A stretch of 64,000 nucleotides of DNA, taken from a virus. A model generated the notes under the pieces. That model worked only from the letters and a program-made list of their open reading frames with translations. It searched no databases and was not told the origin of the DNA. The position numbers were made by a program, and so were the translations under genes. The stretch lies in the IMG/VR virus record IMGVR_UViG_3300027734_000048, positions 32,001-96,000 of that record; one strand, given 5' to 3'. Within the stretch, counting starts at the first letter, position 1; the number at the start of each line of letters is the position of its first letter. Below are positions 49,429 through 58,863 of the stretch, piece after piece.

Positions 49429-49983
49429 ATGATTAAATTTATCGAAAGAAACAAAGAGATCATTAGCACACTCAGTATTGTGGCATTATTTGCTGTATTT
49501 TCTAACAGTGCTAATGCTGCAACAATTAATAACCATTTAAGTCCCGAACAGGCTCAGATCTCGCAAACCACCTCGCAAGAGGTTTTTTTGGTTTCTAAGG
49601 AAGAAAAATTAAAGAGTTTTGAAAATAAAGGAACTCTTACCGATCTAGAACTAAAGGAACTACTTTACCTTGTTGGATTCAGAGGATCAAACCTTGTTGA
49701 GGCTTGGGCAGTAGCAAAGAAAGAGTCTAATGGTCAGCCAATTAGATTTAATGGAAACTCCAAGACTGGGGACAGTTCTTATGGTATGTTTCAAATCAAT
49801 ATGATTAATGATTTAGGTCCTGAGCGTCGTGACAAGTTTGAACTTGTTACAAACTCTGACCTTTTAAACCCAGTAATAAATGCACAGATTGCATTTCATA
49901 TGTCAGATGGTGGCAAAGATTGGTCTTCTTGGCATGGACTGACTCCACGTACAAAGTACTGGATGGCTCAATTTCCAAACTAA
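49429..49983 (+). CDS. secreted lysozyme-like / lytic transglycosylase
   Basis: AGGAGG RBS; signal peptide ending ANA; AVAKKES catalytic Glu, YGMFQIN, NP..NA..A and W..W motifs. Confidence 0.8.
   Translation: MIKFIERNKEIISTLSIVALFAVFSNSANAATINNHLSPEQAQISQTTSQEVFLVSKEEKLKSFENKGTLTDLELKELLYLVGFRGSNLVEAWAVAKKESNGQPIRFNGNSKTGDSSYGMFQINMINDLGPERRDKFELVTNSDLLNPVINAQIAFHMSDGGKDWSSWHGLTPRTKYWMAQFPN
49570..49589 (+). terminator. intragenic terminator-like hairpin
   Basis: ACCTC-GCAA-GAGGT followed by a T tract, inside the transglycosylase CDS. Confidence 0.5.
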
Positions 49984-49996
49984 ATTATAAACAACT

Positions 49997-50033
49997 AAAA
50001 GCACCTATGGGATAAAACCTATGGGTGCTTTTT
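49997..50033. terminator. terminator between convergent genes
   Basis: AAAA-GCACCTATGGG-ATAAAA-CCTATGGGTGC-TTTTT. Confidence 0.8.
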
Positions 50034-50685
50034 AGTTTCTCAATATTAAATTGACTGCTACTCTAGGTGCCACTAAAGTCTCAACCTCATGGGTAAGGTT
50101 TTTAGGTATAAACACAAAATCTCCTTCTACAAGATGATATTCATTTTGCAGGTTTTCTCCAGTACGCCAAATCATTTCACCTTTAACTACCCACTGAAAT
50201 TGATCTACATGATCACTGTGTTTTTTTCCAACAACCCCACGATTTTTCATAAGAGAAACTAAAGCAAAGTTACCATCATAAACATCTGAAGAGTATTCAG
50301 AAAGACCCCATTTAGTTACCTGATCAAGTTCTGGAATTATGGACATATATTTATCATTTTGATCATAAAGTTGAAAAGCCATTCTTGACCAAAATCTACA
50401 TTTTAGTCTCATGTCAGAGGACTCGCCTTCAACAAAATCATTTAAAAGGTATGATCTTTCTGGAAACTTTTCCAAGTCTTCATCAACATATTGAGAGACC
50501 ATTGACATAATTGTATCTAAAGATGGAAGATCTGTAAAAACATCTTTAAATATATGAATTCTGTTTTCTTTACGGGCTTGATCTACTAATGACATATTAA
50601 TTTTAGTATTTTTTGGTTCTAAACTATTTATTTTTATAGAACTATTTTTATATTTTTCCCAAGGAGATATTTCATTCTTTTTCAT
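50032..50685 (-). CDS. JmjC/cupin 2OG-Fe(II) oxygenase
   Basis: KHSD..D.F.W...G...W ... GDFVFIP....HEV; ATGA-coupled start at 50685. Confidence 0.75.
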   Translation of the reverse strand: MKKNEISPWEKYKNSSIKINSLEPKNTKINMSLVDQARKENRIHIFKDVFTDLPSLDTIMSMVSQYVDEDLEKFPERSYLLNDFVEGESSDMRLKCRFWSRMAFQLYDQNDKYMSIIPELDQVTKWGLSEYSSDVYDGNFALVSLMKNRGVVGKKHSDHVDQFQWVVKGEMIWRTGENLQNEYHLVEGDFVFIPKNLTHEVETLVAPRVAVNLILRN

Positions 50686-51278
50686 TTTAGCCAACTAACT
50701 ACTGAATACCTAGTTCCTTCCAAAACTGGAAGAACCGAATGATTATAAACATAGGTTGACGGAAACAGTAAAAGTTCATTTGAATTTGGCTTATATGTTA
50801 TATTAAATCTTGGAAAAACAATCTCTCCGCCCTCATAGTTGTCATTAATATAATAAACAAGAGAAAGCCTTCTATGAAAGTCTTTGTGATCATCTATATG
50901 ATTAACAAATTTTTGACCTTTACCATATTTTAAAATACTATAGGAATCATGCCATGTGGTCTCAAGTTGGTGCTCTGACTTATAATCTACCTCTGCAGGT
51001 CCAAAGCCAACTAAAAAAATATTTGATAGTATTGCATTAAAGGCTTGATCTAAATTTATAAAATCATCAATGATTGACTTTGAATATGGCACAACAGTTG
51101 TAAGAGTATCTCTATAATCAGTGTCTATCTTTACTGTATCATCACTTTTAATAGATGATGGAGTCCAATCCCTTCTTGCACTAATCATTCCTTCTTCAAT
51201 ATCTGCAATAAGGCTTGTGTGATTTTCAACTACATCTGAGTATATAAAAATTCCTGGTGCTAGTTCTTTTTTATTCAT
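50682..51278 (-). CDS. 2OG-Fe(II) oxygenase, prolyl-4-hydroxylase-like
   Basis: LKY..GQ.F..HID...R.LS.VYY.ND.YEGGE..F...FPS...HSV.PV..G.RY; TAATG-coupled start. Confidence 0.88.
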   Translation of the reverse strand: MNKKELAPGIFIYSDVVENHTSLIADIEEGMISARRDWTPSSIKSDDTVKIDTDYRDTLTTVVPYSKSIIDDFINLDQAFNAILSNIFLVGFGPAEVDYKSEHQLETTWHDSYSILKYGKGQKFVNHIDDHKDFHRRLSLVYYINDNYEGGEIVFPRFNITYKPNSNELLLFPSTYVYNHSVLPVLEGTRYSVVSWLK

Positions 51279-51517
51279 TACCATTTTCCAATTGGACAAG
51301 ATGCTTTTTCAAGTTTTGATTTAACCTTCATAAAACATCCACATTTTTTACATTGAGTTGTTAATTTTATAAGTTCTGGACATGTTTTACAAATTTCAAA
51401 TCTTCTATTTGATTCTTCTTCACTGGCCCATTCTACATTTGGATTTACAATATCCCAAGGCCTTGTTTCGCCTAAATTTTGTTTATACTTTTCCCATGCT
51501 GAAAGTTGTTCTTCCAT
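51278..51517 (-). CDS. small Cys-cluster protein (DUF6171-like)
   Basis: R..IC..C...CKKCGCFM..K..L..A.CPIGKW; likely ATG at 51517. Confidence 0.7.
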   Translation of the reverse strand: MEEQLSAWEKYKQNLGETRPWDIVNPNVEWASEEESNRRFEICKTCPELIKLTTQCKKCGCFMKVKSKLEKASCPIGKW

Positions 51518-51518
51518 T

Positions 51519-51716
51519 TTATTCTGGTGCCTTAAACTCTTTACCGTCCCAAACTGAAAAATCAGAAACAACTTGATCTTTATCAACAATCACAATTGTA
51601 GGGTTTGAGGCTAATCCAGCACGAACTTGAGGACCTTTATTGTATGTTTCATCATCAATATCTAGCACCCAAAATACCTCATTGTTTGCTAAGAATACAA
51701 ATCTTTCTTTTGCCAT
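51519..51716 (-). CDS. small fibre-associated/hypothetical protein
   Basis: AAGGAG RBS; GL.SNP...WDG..F motif. Confidence 0.6.
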   Translation of the reverse strand: MAKERFVFLANNEVFWVLDIDDETYNKGPQVRAGLASNPTIVIVDKDQVVSDFSVWDGKEFKAPE

Positions 51717-51761
51717 TTTTTATCTCCTTTCTTTTAAGTATAGCATAATATGATTTTTTAA

Positions 51762-52997
51762 TCAACAACTTTCATAGGATGTACTGCAGTCTGAGTTAGT
51801 ACATATTTGAACATCTCCAGAACATGGAGTACAGTTAGGTGTACATCCAGGGGTTACAGAAGGAGTTACAGAAGGAGTTACAGCAGGTGTAACTTCTGGT
51901 GTAACAGATGGCGTAACGGCAGGTGTTACTGAAGGTGTAACTGCTGGGGTAACGGCTGGTGTTACTGCTGGTACTCCACAAAAAGTATACCCTAAGTTCA
52001 TATCTGGACATCCAGCCGTCCATGATCTTTGATATGCTGTTCCGTAACCTTGAGCATTAACATTTAAACAATATACTGTTCCATCTTCATAATCACATAC
52101 TGGTGCTGGAGTAACGGCTGGAGTAACGGCTGGTGTTACTGCTGGGGTAACGGCTGGTGTTACAGATTGTGACACACATGATATAAAAGTAATAGAAACT
52201 GCAGGACCACTAAAGTCTGCATTGTTATAACAGACATTTCCGTAGGCCTCATCTCCTGGACAACTTTCATTTCCATAAACTTCGGTTCTACAATAAGGGC
52301 CTGCTGGTGTTACTGCAGGAGTTACAGGTGTTACTGCAGGAGTTACAGGTGTTACTGCAGGAGTAACTGGTGTTACTGCAGGAGTTACGCTTGGGCAACA
52401 CTCATTATTGTCAGGATTAAATGTACCTGGGCATTGCTCTTCATTTGAAGCATAGTAACATCCTGGTCCATAAGGTGTAACTGGGGTAACTGGGGTTACA
52501 GGGGTAACTGCAGGTGTAACTGGAGGTACCCAAGGTCTTCCATCGCTGTCACAACATCTTGTTGGATCAAAACCACATGGATCAGAATAACTTCCAGATG
52601 TATCTCCTGGTGGTGGGCAAACTAGTGGAGTTACAGGTGTTACAGGGGTAACTGGGGTTACAGGTGTAACTGGTGTTACAGGTGTAACTGGGGTTACAGG
52701 TGTAACTGGGGTTACAGGTGTAACTGGAGTTACTGGGGTTACAGGGGTGACTCCAACATATGTGTAATATCTTATGCTGATTATAGTTTCATAATTAACC
52801 AGCGTACCTGCTTGAACTGATTGTGATTCAACTTTATTATCTAGATTTTGATCTGATGTAGAAACTGGAGTACTTATAACAGCATAATTAAGATGAGATG
52901 ATGAAAATGCACTTAAAGCATCTGATGATGTCATTCCAACTACATTTGGTACTAAAACCATACCTTTTGAAGATGCCCAGGATCCAAAGTTTAGCAT
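51762..52997 (-). CDS. PASTA-domain protein with VTP(A) repeats and Cys-rich modules
   Basis: VPNVVG...A........V.SQS..AGT.V PASTA domain; 14 VTP units followed by alternating VTPA tracts and Cys-rich segments. Confidence 0.8.
   Translation of the reverse strand: MLNFGSWASSKGMVLVPNVVGMTSSDALSAFSSSHLNYAVISTPVSTSDQNLDNKVESQSVQAGTLVNYETIISIRYYTYVGVTPVTPVTPVTPVTPVTPVTPVTPVTPVTPVTPVTPVTPVTPLVCPPPGDTSGSYSDPCGFDPTRCCDSDGRPWVPPVTPAVTPVTPVTPVTPYGPGCYYASNEEQCPGTFNPDNNECCPSVTPAVTPVTPAVTPVTPAVTPVTPAVTPAGPYCRTEVYGNESCPGDEAYGNVCYNNADFSGPAVSITFISCVSQSVTPAVTPAVTPAVTPAVTPAPVCDYEDGTVYCLNVNAQGYGTAYQRSWTAGCPDMNLGYTFCGVPAVTPAVTPAVTPSVTPAVTPSVTPEVTPAVTPSVTPSVTPGCTPNCTPCSGDVQICTNSDCSTSYESC
52626..52751. repeat. 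9-bp coding repeat (VTP x14)
   Basis: 126 nt of Val-Thr-Pro codons with varied third positions. Confidence 0.95.
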
Positions 52998-53004
52998 CTT
53001 TTAC

Positions 53005-53634
53005 CTACGCCGTTAAATCGCCTATTAAGAGCCAAGTGTTTGTATCAATTTTTACCAATATTGCACCAGAGTATTGTGCTGCAATCTTTTTATTCATAAA
53101 CTTGCTATTAATTGTTACTCCGTTTGCTCCTTGAAAAATAACATTGCCAGAACCATTGCGAACAATCTCAACTTTTTGACCCTTAATAAATGGAACAGAA
53201 CTATTTAGTGGAACTGTAATTGTTACATCAGAAGATGAGTCAACATTTAATGTTTTCCCAGCATCTGTTTTTGCAATTGTATAATTAGATAGGGTTGTCA
53301 CTAAATCTGTAGCATCTCCATAATAACGCCATTCACCATTATGGTAATACTGAATTTGATTAATTACATCACCGTTATTATTTTGTCTTACAAAACAAAC
53401 TACTCCATTGCTTGGAGAAGTAATTGCTGCATCTCTTGCAGTAAGGTTTTGAAAATTATTAACTCCAGCCTTTGCATTTGCAACGGTATCAAAAGTTACT
53501 ACAGAACCAAATCTTTGATCTGCTGTCCATGTATATTGAGCGTTAGTATTAACTGCTCCACCCAACGCATACCAAGTCTGATTTGATGCATTATAGATAT
53601 ATGCTACTTTTCCATCTGAATTAATTGTTGCCAT
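53005..53634 (-). CDS. minor tail/virion protein
   Basis: YT....DAGK......TITVP....F..GQ.V...G.G.V...WLLIGDL C-terminal domain, similar to the end of 41852..43900. Confidence 0.65.
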   Translation of the reverse strand: MATINSDGKVAYIYNASNQTWYALGGAVNTNAQYTWTADQRFGSVVTFDTVANAKAGVNNFQNLTARDAAITSPSNGVVCFVRQNNNGDVINQIQYYHNGEWRYYGDATDLVTTLSNYTIAKTDAGKTLNVDSSSDVTITVPLNSSVPFIKGQKVEIVRNGSGNVIFQGANGVTINSKFMNKKIAAQYSGAILVKIDTNTWLLIGDLTA

Positions 53635-53746
53635 CTGATGTGATCCCCAATGCTCTTAATTCTGCTTCTGTGATTCCAGTTGATGCAACTAATTTTGCAA
53701 TTCCAATTTCACGAAGTTGTTGCTCTGTAGTTTTTTCTTTAGCCAT
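53621..53746 (-). CDS. small hypothetical protein (41 aa)
   Basis: Not in the ORF track. MAKEKTTEQQLREIGIAKLVASTGITEAELRALGITSDGNN; TAATG-coupled and fills the gap. Confidence 0.6.
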   Translation of the reverse strand: MAKEKTTEQQLREIGIAKLVASTGITEAELRALGITSDGNN

Positions 53747-54171
53747 TATGCACCAATCTCTCTCCATGCAGAACCTGACCATACATACATTTTAAGCGGT
53801 GTGGTATCTGAATCTACCCATAGGGCACCAGTTGATGGATTTGAAGGTTGTGATGTTTGATATGATGCCGTAGCATATTGAATATTTGTTGTAACTGCAG
53901 TTGTTGAATCAACCCAAATATATCCATTATCAATACCAGTTGGCATTGATGCTAATACAGCAGATCCAAGTCCATCTGCCTCAATATTATCAATTCTTGT
54001 ATCTAATGCTTTTATGTGTCCAACTACTGAGTTTGCAACTATGTCTGCTTCTGTAGATACCGTGGCAGATGTGCCATAATGATACAACTTAAACGCTGCT
54101 TGAATATCCGCTGCCTCATCAAGACCTGGGATTTTTGTGGGATAAACTGATCCAATATTTTCAGAAGCCAT
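53746..54171 (-). CDS. minor tail/virion protein
   Basis: Two GxxWVDS repeats; ends YVWSGSAW. Confidence 0.55.
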   Translation of the reverse strand: MASENIGSVYPTKIPGLDEAADIQAAFKLYHYGTSATVSTEADIVANSVVGHIKALDTRIDNIEADGLGSAVLASMPTGIDNGYIWVDSTTAVTTNIQYATASYQTSQPSNPSTGALWVDSDTTPLKMYVWSGSAWREIGA

Positions 54172-54179
54172 ACCTTAGA

Positions 54180-54755
54180 TTATACCACAGTAATGAATAA
54201 ATGTACTGTTTGTGCTCCAGTTAAATTTGACCAAGAATTGTCAGAGTATTTGATTGCCTTTATTGTCAATGGGAGTGCTAGGTTATCACCGTCTGTAATA
54301 ATTTCACCAATACTAATTGACGAAGATATTGGGTTTTGATTTAAAATGCTATATTGAATATTAAAGTTTTCTGCAGTAACAGATCCAATAAGTTCTGCGG
54401 GAACCACACTAATAAGAGGCACATTTATTTGTCTTACCCCACTTGAATTAAATGTTCCAGTATTATTTAGGCTATGGGTATTTGGAATTAATTTAAATAG
54501 TTTTACCCACTCATTAGTTCCAGCATTATTGATATATTGATAGTAGGCCAGATAGTCTTCATGGGATTTAAGATTGTTTATGCATAGGTCAAAAACTTTT
54601 GGTGTTTGTCCAATTGCAGTTTCGTTTGGATCTCCATTACAAATAAAAATTTGACTTCCACGATCACCTTGTGGACCAAAATCAACTTCTAGATTTATAG
54701 TTGCTGGACCACCTAAAACTGTTATTTCATCATTAGACAATAAAACATCAGGCAT
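54180..54755 (-). CDS. virion protein
   Basis: GPQGDRGS...GDP fibre-like motif. Confidence 0.5.
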   Translation of the reverse strand: MPDVLLSNDEITVLGGPATINLEVDFGPQGDRGSQIFICNGDPNETAIGQTPKVFDLCINNLKSHEDYLAYYQYINNAGTNEWVKLFKLIPNTHSLNNTGTFNSSGVRQINVPLISVVPAELIGSVTAENFNIQYSILNQNPISSSISIGEIITDGDNLALPLTIKAIKYSDNSWSNLTGAQTVHLFITVV

Positions 54756-55129
54756 TAGGATGTTGCTCCAGTAATTTGATCTGTAACATTTAATGTTCCA
54801 GTCAACAATGTATGAACATAGTTATATGGTGTTGCATTCTTTGTAATTTCAACATCGTAGACATAGGTTGTAGAAGAACTCATAGTAGTTGAATCTCCTG
54901 GACGAATTGTACAAGTAATATAGTTTCCAACATTACCACTTGTAATAACTGCAAGGGCTTCAATTTTTGAAGAAACTCCAGCAGATCCACGGGCAGTTGA
55001 AATAGTAAATTTGGGGTTTGTATATTGAGTTAAATCAAATGTTGCACCATTAGAATCTTTAGGATAAATACGAAATTCGTAAGTGTCACCCTTATAGTAT
55101 GAAATATTATATGTACCTGGAAATGCCAT
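54755..55129 (-). CDS. BppU/LtfC-like beta-sandwich virion protein
   Basis: KGDT.......D.....DLT.Y......YVYDVEI......LL.G...V pattern. Confidence 0.55.
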   Translation of the reverse strand: MAFPGTYNISYYKGDTYEFRIYPKDSNGATFDLTQYTNPKFTISTARGSAGVSSKIEALAVITSGNVGNYITCTIRPGDSTTMSSSTTYVYDVEITKNATPYNYVHTLLTGTLNVTDQITGATS

Positions 55130-55136
55130 AGTTTTA

Positions 55137-55874
55137 TTATACCACGCTGACGTATATTGATTTCATAATTACTGATGAATCATAGTCAGTTCTAATTTGT
55201 GGATATGCTCCATTACCCCACATCTTTTGATCCTCAATAAATATCTGCTGAGTAACAGAAATTGGATATGTATGCTGATATTTAAGCGATGCTACAAACT
55301 GAGATATCTCTCTATTAGAGTTTGCAAAAAATGTTCTAATCCAAACCTCAGTATTACTTGTATAAGTTGTCAACTCAAAGTTGTAGGTAATAAAAACCTG
55401 AGCACCTTCTTTAAGTCCTTTAAAGTTTAACATTCTTGCATGATTGTTCCATAGACTTACTGTATCTTTTGGTAAATAGGTTTCATTTTGAGATTCCTCG
55501 GAATTTATGTAAACTGTAACCCATCCATCATCACCTTGAGTTACTCCAAGTCTATGCATATTTGTTAAATTATTAAAATATGCTGCCCATCCTGCTTGCT
55601 GACCAGATGAAGATAGTGAACTAACTCCATCTTTACCATTTGCCCCTTTTTCGCCTTTAGGACCCTGTTTACCCTCTGGTCCTTGCTTTCCCTCTGGACC
55701 AGGGCTTCCGTCCTTTCCATCCCGTCCTGCAGGCCCTTGTGGACCTACTGGGCCAGGAACTGGTAAAAAGGAAAGTGTATTTTCTTGAGAAGCACCAGGT
55801 TGGCTTTGTTGCACTTGTGCTGCATAACTTGATTTTTGAGCACCAGGAAAATCCATAGATTTAGAAACAGCCAT
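55137..55874 (-). CDS. collagen-like virion protein
   Basis: About 15 Gly-X-Y triplets followed by a beta-rich C-terminal domain. Confidence 0.75.
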   Translation of the reverse strand: MAVSKSMDFPGAQKSSYAAQVQQSQPGASQENTLSFLPVPGPVGPQGPAGRDGKDGSPGPEGKQGPEGKQGPKGEKGANGKDGVSSLSSSGQQAGWAAYFNNLTNMHRLGVTQGDDGWVTVYINSEESQNETYLPKDTVSLWNNHARMLNFKGLKEGAQVFITYNFELTTYTSNTEVWIRTFFANSNREISQFVASLKYQHTYPISVTQQIFIEDQKMWGNGAYPQIRTDYDSSVIMKSIYVSVV

Positions 55875-55901
55875 GGTTAGATTATCTCATGGTTTTAAAA
55901 A

Positions 55902-58028
55902 TTATTGACTAATATACATTCCGTTTAAACGGAAAGTTGTTGATGTTGTCATATTTGCTGGATGTTGTTTTGTTAATGGTTCCCAAGTATTTGGTGTTCC
56001 ATTTCCATTAGATAAACAATACATAACTCCAATTGAATTTGATCCAGCAGTTACCTTACCACCAATTTCATATATAGTTCCAGCGATTGTACATTGACCG
56101 AAAAGGAATCCATCATATGCTGCATTTACTGGCAATGTCAAAAAGTATTGAATTCCATTTTGACCAAAGTTAGTAACTGTTGCTAAGTTAACATCAATAC
56201 TTACATTAATCATTTTTCCATTTGGAATATACCGTGCAGTTGTTGGTGTTCCTGAGTATGCAAGGTTGGTTGATGAAAGAGTTGAGGTATATGATGTTAC
56301 CGCTCCTGCAAGACCTGCAGGCCCTGTATCTCCAGTATCACCTTTTACTCCTTGAGGTCCTTGTGTTCCCGTGTCACCTTTTGGTCCTGTTAAACCTGTA
56401 TCACCTTTGTCACCTTTTGCACCATTAGTACCATTTGTTCCATTAGTACCTGCTGCACCAGTTAAACCTGTGTCACCTTTAAGACCTGTTAATCCAGTAT
56501 CACCCTTATCACCTTTTAATCCTTGTGGACCTTGAATTCCTTGCGGTCCTTGCAAATCTCCAGAATCAAACCATCCTGATGAACCATATACCATTAAAGA
56601 TCCATCACTTAAAAGTATGTAGGCATCTCCTAATGTTCCAGCACTTGATCCTGCTCCTGCATTGAATGCAGTTAGGTTTGCATAACTTCCAAGAACTGTA
56701 AATGAATTTCCTGCTGGTCCTTGAACCCCTTGTGGACCTTGAATTCCTTGCTCACCCTGAAGTAGTTCTGGTTTATTAAGAATTTCAGAAAGACCAGATG
56801 TTGAATTCCAGTCAGCATTAACTTGTGGAACTGCAGCGGTAGTCTGAGTTGTATTATCACTAAAAGTTAAGTTAGTAACTTCAAGATTAGGCAACTGTGC
56901 TTGTGCAATACCGTTGATAAAGAAAACACCATTATCAATTCCCATAGTTGCATTTGTTCCTAAACTCTGGTCAATAATATTAATTGTATTTGGGCCTAAA
57001 TAAACATCTGCCCAACGATGGTCAACTGTTCCAAGTGTATAAAAATTTGTTGTAGTTGGAACAATGTTACTTGCTACATTTAAAAAGTCTAGTGGATCTC
57101 CATTAAGACCTGGCTCACCCTGAATTCCTTGATCACCTTTTTCTGCAATAGGTGTCCATGATGCATTTACAGAGCCTACTGTTGGAGGGTATCCAGGATT
57201 AAGTGGATTACCAGTTCTTACATATGTTCCGCCGTTATAATAAACAGCAATTCCTAAGTTATATGAAACACCATTGTCGTATGCACCTACAAGAGTAAAT
57301 GGACTTGCTCCATTTTCCCCTGCTGGTCCTTGAGGTAAAACAAAATGTTCGTTATCATCAATTACCCATCCAGTTAAAGAAGCAGGGTTTTCACGAACTA
57401 CATAAATTTTATTTGGGTTTTCATTATCCTTTACAAAAGCCCACCAATCTCCTACTGCTAATCCCATTGGACCACCTTGATATACTGCAAGAAATTCATC
57501 TACACTATTCCATGTACCAAGAAAATATGAAGATGCTCCATTTGTACCATCTGCACCTTTAGGAATCCATACTTCCCATTGTCCATTAACTTCATAATTA
57601 ATTGGATCACCAAGTTGTCCACTTGCTTTTGCAAGATATAGTTGTCCATCTGATCCTCTAACTACTGCAATGTTTGGAAGATATCCAGACTGTGAATTGT
57701 AATTTCCTAAATAGTAAATACCAAATGGATCTCCAGCAGCACCTTGTGCACCAGAATCTCCAGGTTCTCCCTTTGCTGCTAATATATTCCAGTAGTTAGA
57801 ATCAGTTGGAAGTGGAAAACTTCCACCATTTGCAACTTTAATATATGAAGAACCTTCATATGAAACTACATAGTTTAATGGATATGTTGTTCCTGCATCA
57901 AACTCTGCAGACCATAAAAAAGAAATACCATCTTCTCCATTGGCACCTGCTGGTCCCTGTGGACCAGTTGCTCCTGGTGCTCCTGGTGTACCGTCTCCGC
58001 TACCACCTATTGTAGTAAAACGTGCCAC
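55902..58028 (-). CDS. collagen-like tail fibre protein
   Basis: Multiple Gly-X-Y tracts interleaved with aromatic W/Y..Y....V.Y.G..Y modules. Confidence 0.8.
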   Translation of the reverse strand: MARFTTIGGSGDGTPGAPGATGPQGPAGANGEDGISFLWSAEFDAGTTYPLNYVVSYEGSSYIKVANGGSFPLPTDSNYWNILAAKGEPGDSGAQGAAGDPFGIYYLGNYNSQSGYLPNIAVVRGSDGQLYLAKASGQLGDPINYEVNGQWEVWIPKGADGTNGASSYFLGTWNSVDEFLAVYQGGPMGLAVGDWWAFVKDNENPNKIYVVRENPASLTGWVIDDNEHFVLPQGPAGENGASPFTLVGAYDNGVSYNLGIAVYYNGGTYVRTGNPLNPGYPPTVGSVNASWTPIAEKGDQGIQGEPGLNGDPLDFLNVASNIVPTTTNFYTLGTVDHRWADVYLGPNTINIIDQSLGTNATMGIDNGVFFINGIAQAQLPNLEVTNLTFSDNTTQTTAAVPQVNADWNSTSGLSEILNKPELLQGEQGIQGPQGVQGPAGNSFTVLGSYANLTAFNAGAGSSAGTLGDAYILLSDGSLMVYGSSGWFDSGDLQGPQGIQGPQGLKGDKGDTGLTGLKGDTGLTGAAGTNGTNGTNGAKGDKGDTGLTGPKGDTGTQGPQGVKGDTGDTGPAGLAGAVTSYTSTLSSTNLAYSGTPTTARYIPNGKMINVSIDVNLATVTNFGQNGIQYFLTLPVNAAYDGFLFGQCTIAGTIYEIGGKVTAGSNSIGVMYCLSNGNGTPNTWEPLTKQHPANMTTSTTFRLNGMYISQ

Positions 58029-58309
58029 TAGTTACCTGTCTCTAGTCCAGTTTTTAAAACTGAAACTTTTGAAGTATCAATATTTGAAATTGCATAAAGT
58101 GCATCTTGTCCAGGTAGTTCAATTGAAAATGCAGAACCTGGAGCAATTCTAAATCCATAATCAGATGATGTTACACCTTCTCCACCAATATAAACATATG
58201 CTGATTCATCTGTATTTTGAATAGTAATATCCATGCCAGAGTGCACTCCGTTTGGAGTTAGGCGGGTAGCAGAAGTGCTGCTAAGTGTTGTAAGGGCGTG
58301 AGTTGTCAT
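58028..58309 (-). CDS. small virion/decoration-like protein
   Basis: IQN......YIGG..V....G..I.PG......LYA pattern. Confidence 0.55.
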   Translation of the reverse strand: MTTHALTTLSSTSATRLTPNGVHSGMDITIQNTDESAYVYIGGEGVTSSDYGFRIAPGSAFSIELPGQDALYAISNIDTSKVSVLKTGLETGN

Positions 58310-58324
58310 GTATAGATTATATCA

Positions 58325-58411
58325 CTACTTATTTACTTTAAAAGATTTACCATCTACACGTATTACAGGCGGAAGTTCTGGTCTTGGTATACTGACTTTA
58401 ACAACTGCCAT
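58325..58411 (-). CDS. small hypothetical protein (28 aa)
   Basis: Not in the ORF track. MAVVKVSIPRPELPPVIRVDGKSFKVNK; TAATG-coupled to the upstream gene. Confidence 0.5.
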   Translation of the reverse strand: MAVVKVSIPRPELPPVIRVDGKSFKVNK

Positions 58412-58788
58412 TAAAGTGCTCCAGAGACATCACCAATGACCTTTATGGTTCCAATTACGGGAGTCCATACGACGGTATCAATTGTAACTTCTAGATCAAA
58501 TGTTAATTCTGCAATAGCAGAGCCATAACCAGTTCCCCAGTATTGAGTTACATCAGAAGATGCTTTAACATCTACATAACCACTATGTGTCACTACCTCT
58601 AGTTCATCAATAATGTCACCCTTTGGATCATAGGCACTTGCCCTATATGTCCAAGTAGAGGTGTTAAAATATGTTTCTTCGTCATTATCTAAAAATTCAA
58701 CTCTAAGGGAAGCAGAGTCTCCTCTAACAACATTCCACTTGATCTTTACTGGATCAGCACCAAAAATATCAGGTCCACACATAGTCAT
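58411..58788 (-). CDS. BppU/LtfC-like beta-sandwich virion protein
   Basis: WNVVRGDS...FDLEV...VWT...GTIKV.DV; paralogous to 48397. Confidence 0.5.
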   Translation of the reverse strand: MTMCGPDIFGADPVKIKWNVVRGDSASLRVEFLDNDEETYFNTSTWTYRASAYDPKGDIIDELEVVTHSGYVDVKASSDVTQYWGTGYGSAIAELTFDLEVTIDTVVWTPVIGTIKVIGDVSGAL

Positions 58789-58810
58789 AAGTTTGATTAT
58801 ACCATTAAAT

Positions 58811-58863
58811 TAAAAAAGATACTCAGGATAGGTGGGTATGAAGAGACTATCCTAAGTATCTTT
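58811..58863 (-). terminator. intrinsic terminator (leftward)
   Basis: AAAGATACT.AGGATAG / CTATCCT.AGTATCTTT inverted repeat with a T tract on the minus strand. Confidence 0.65.
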
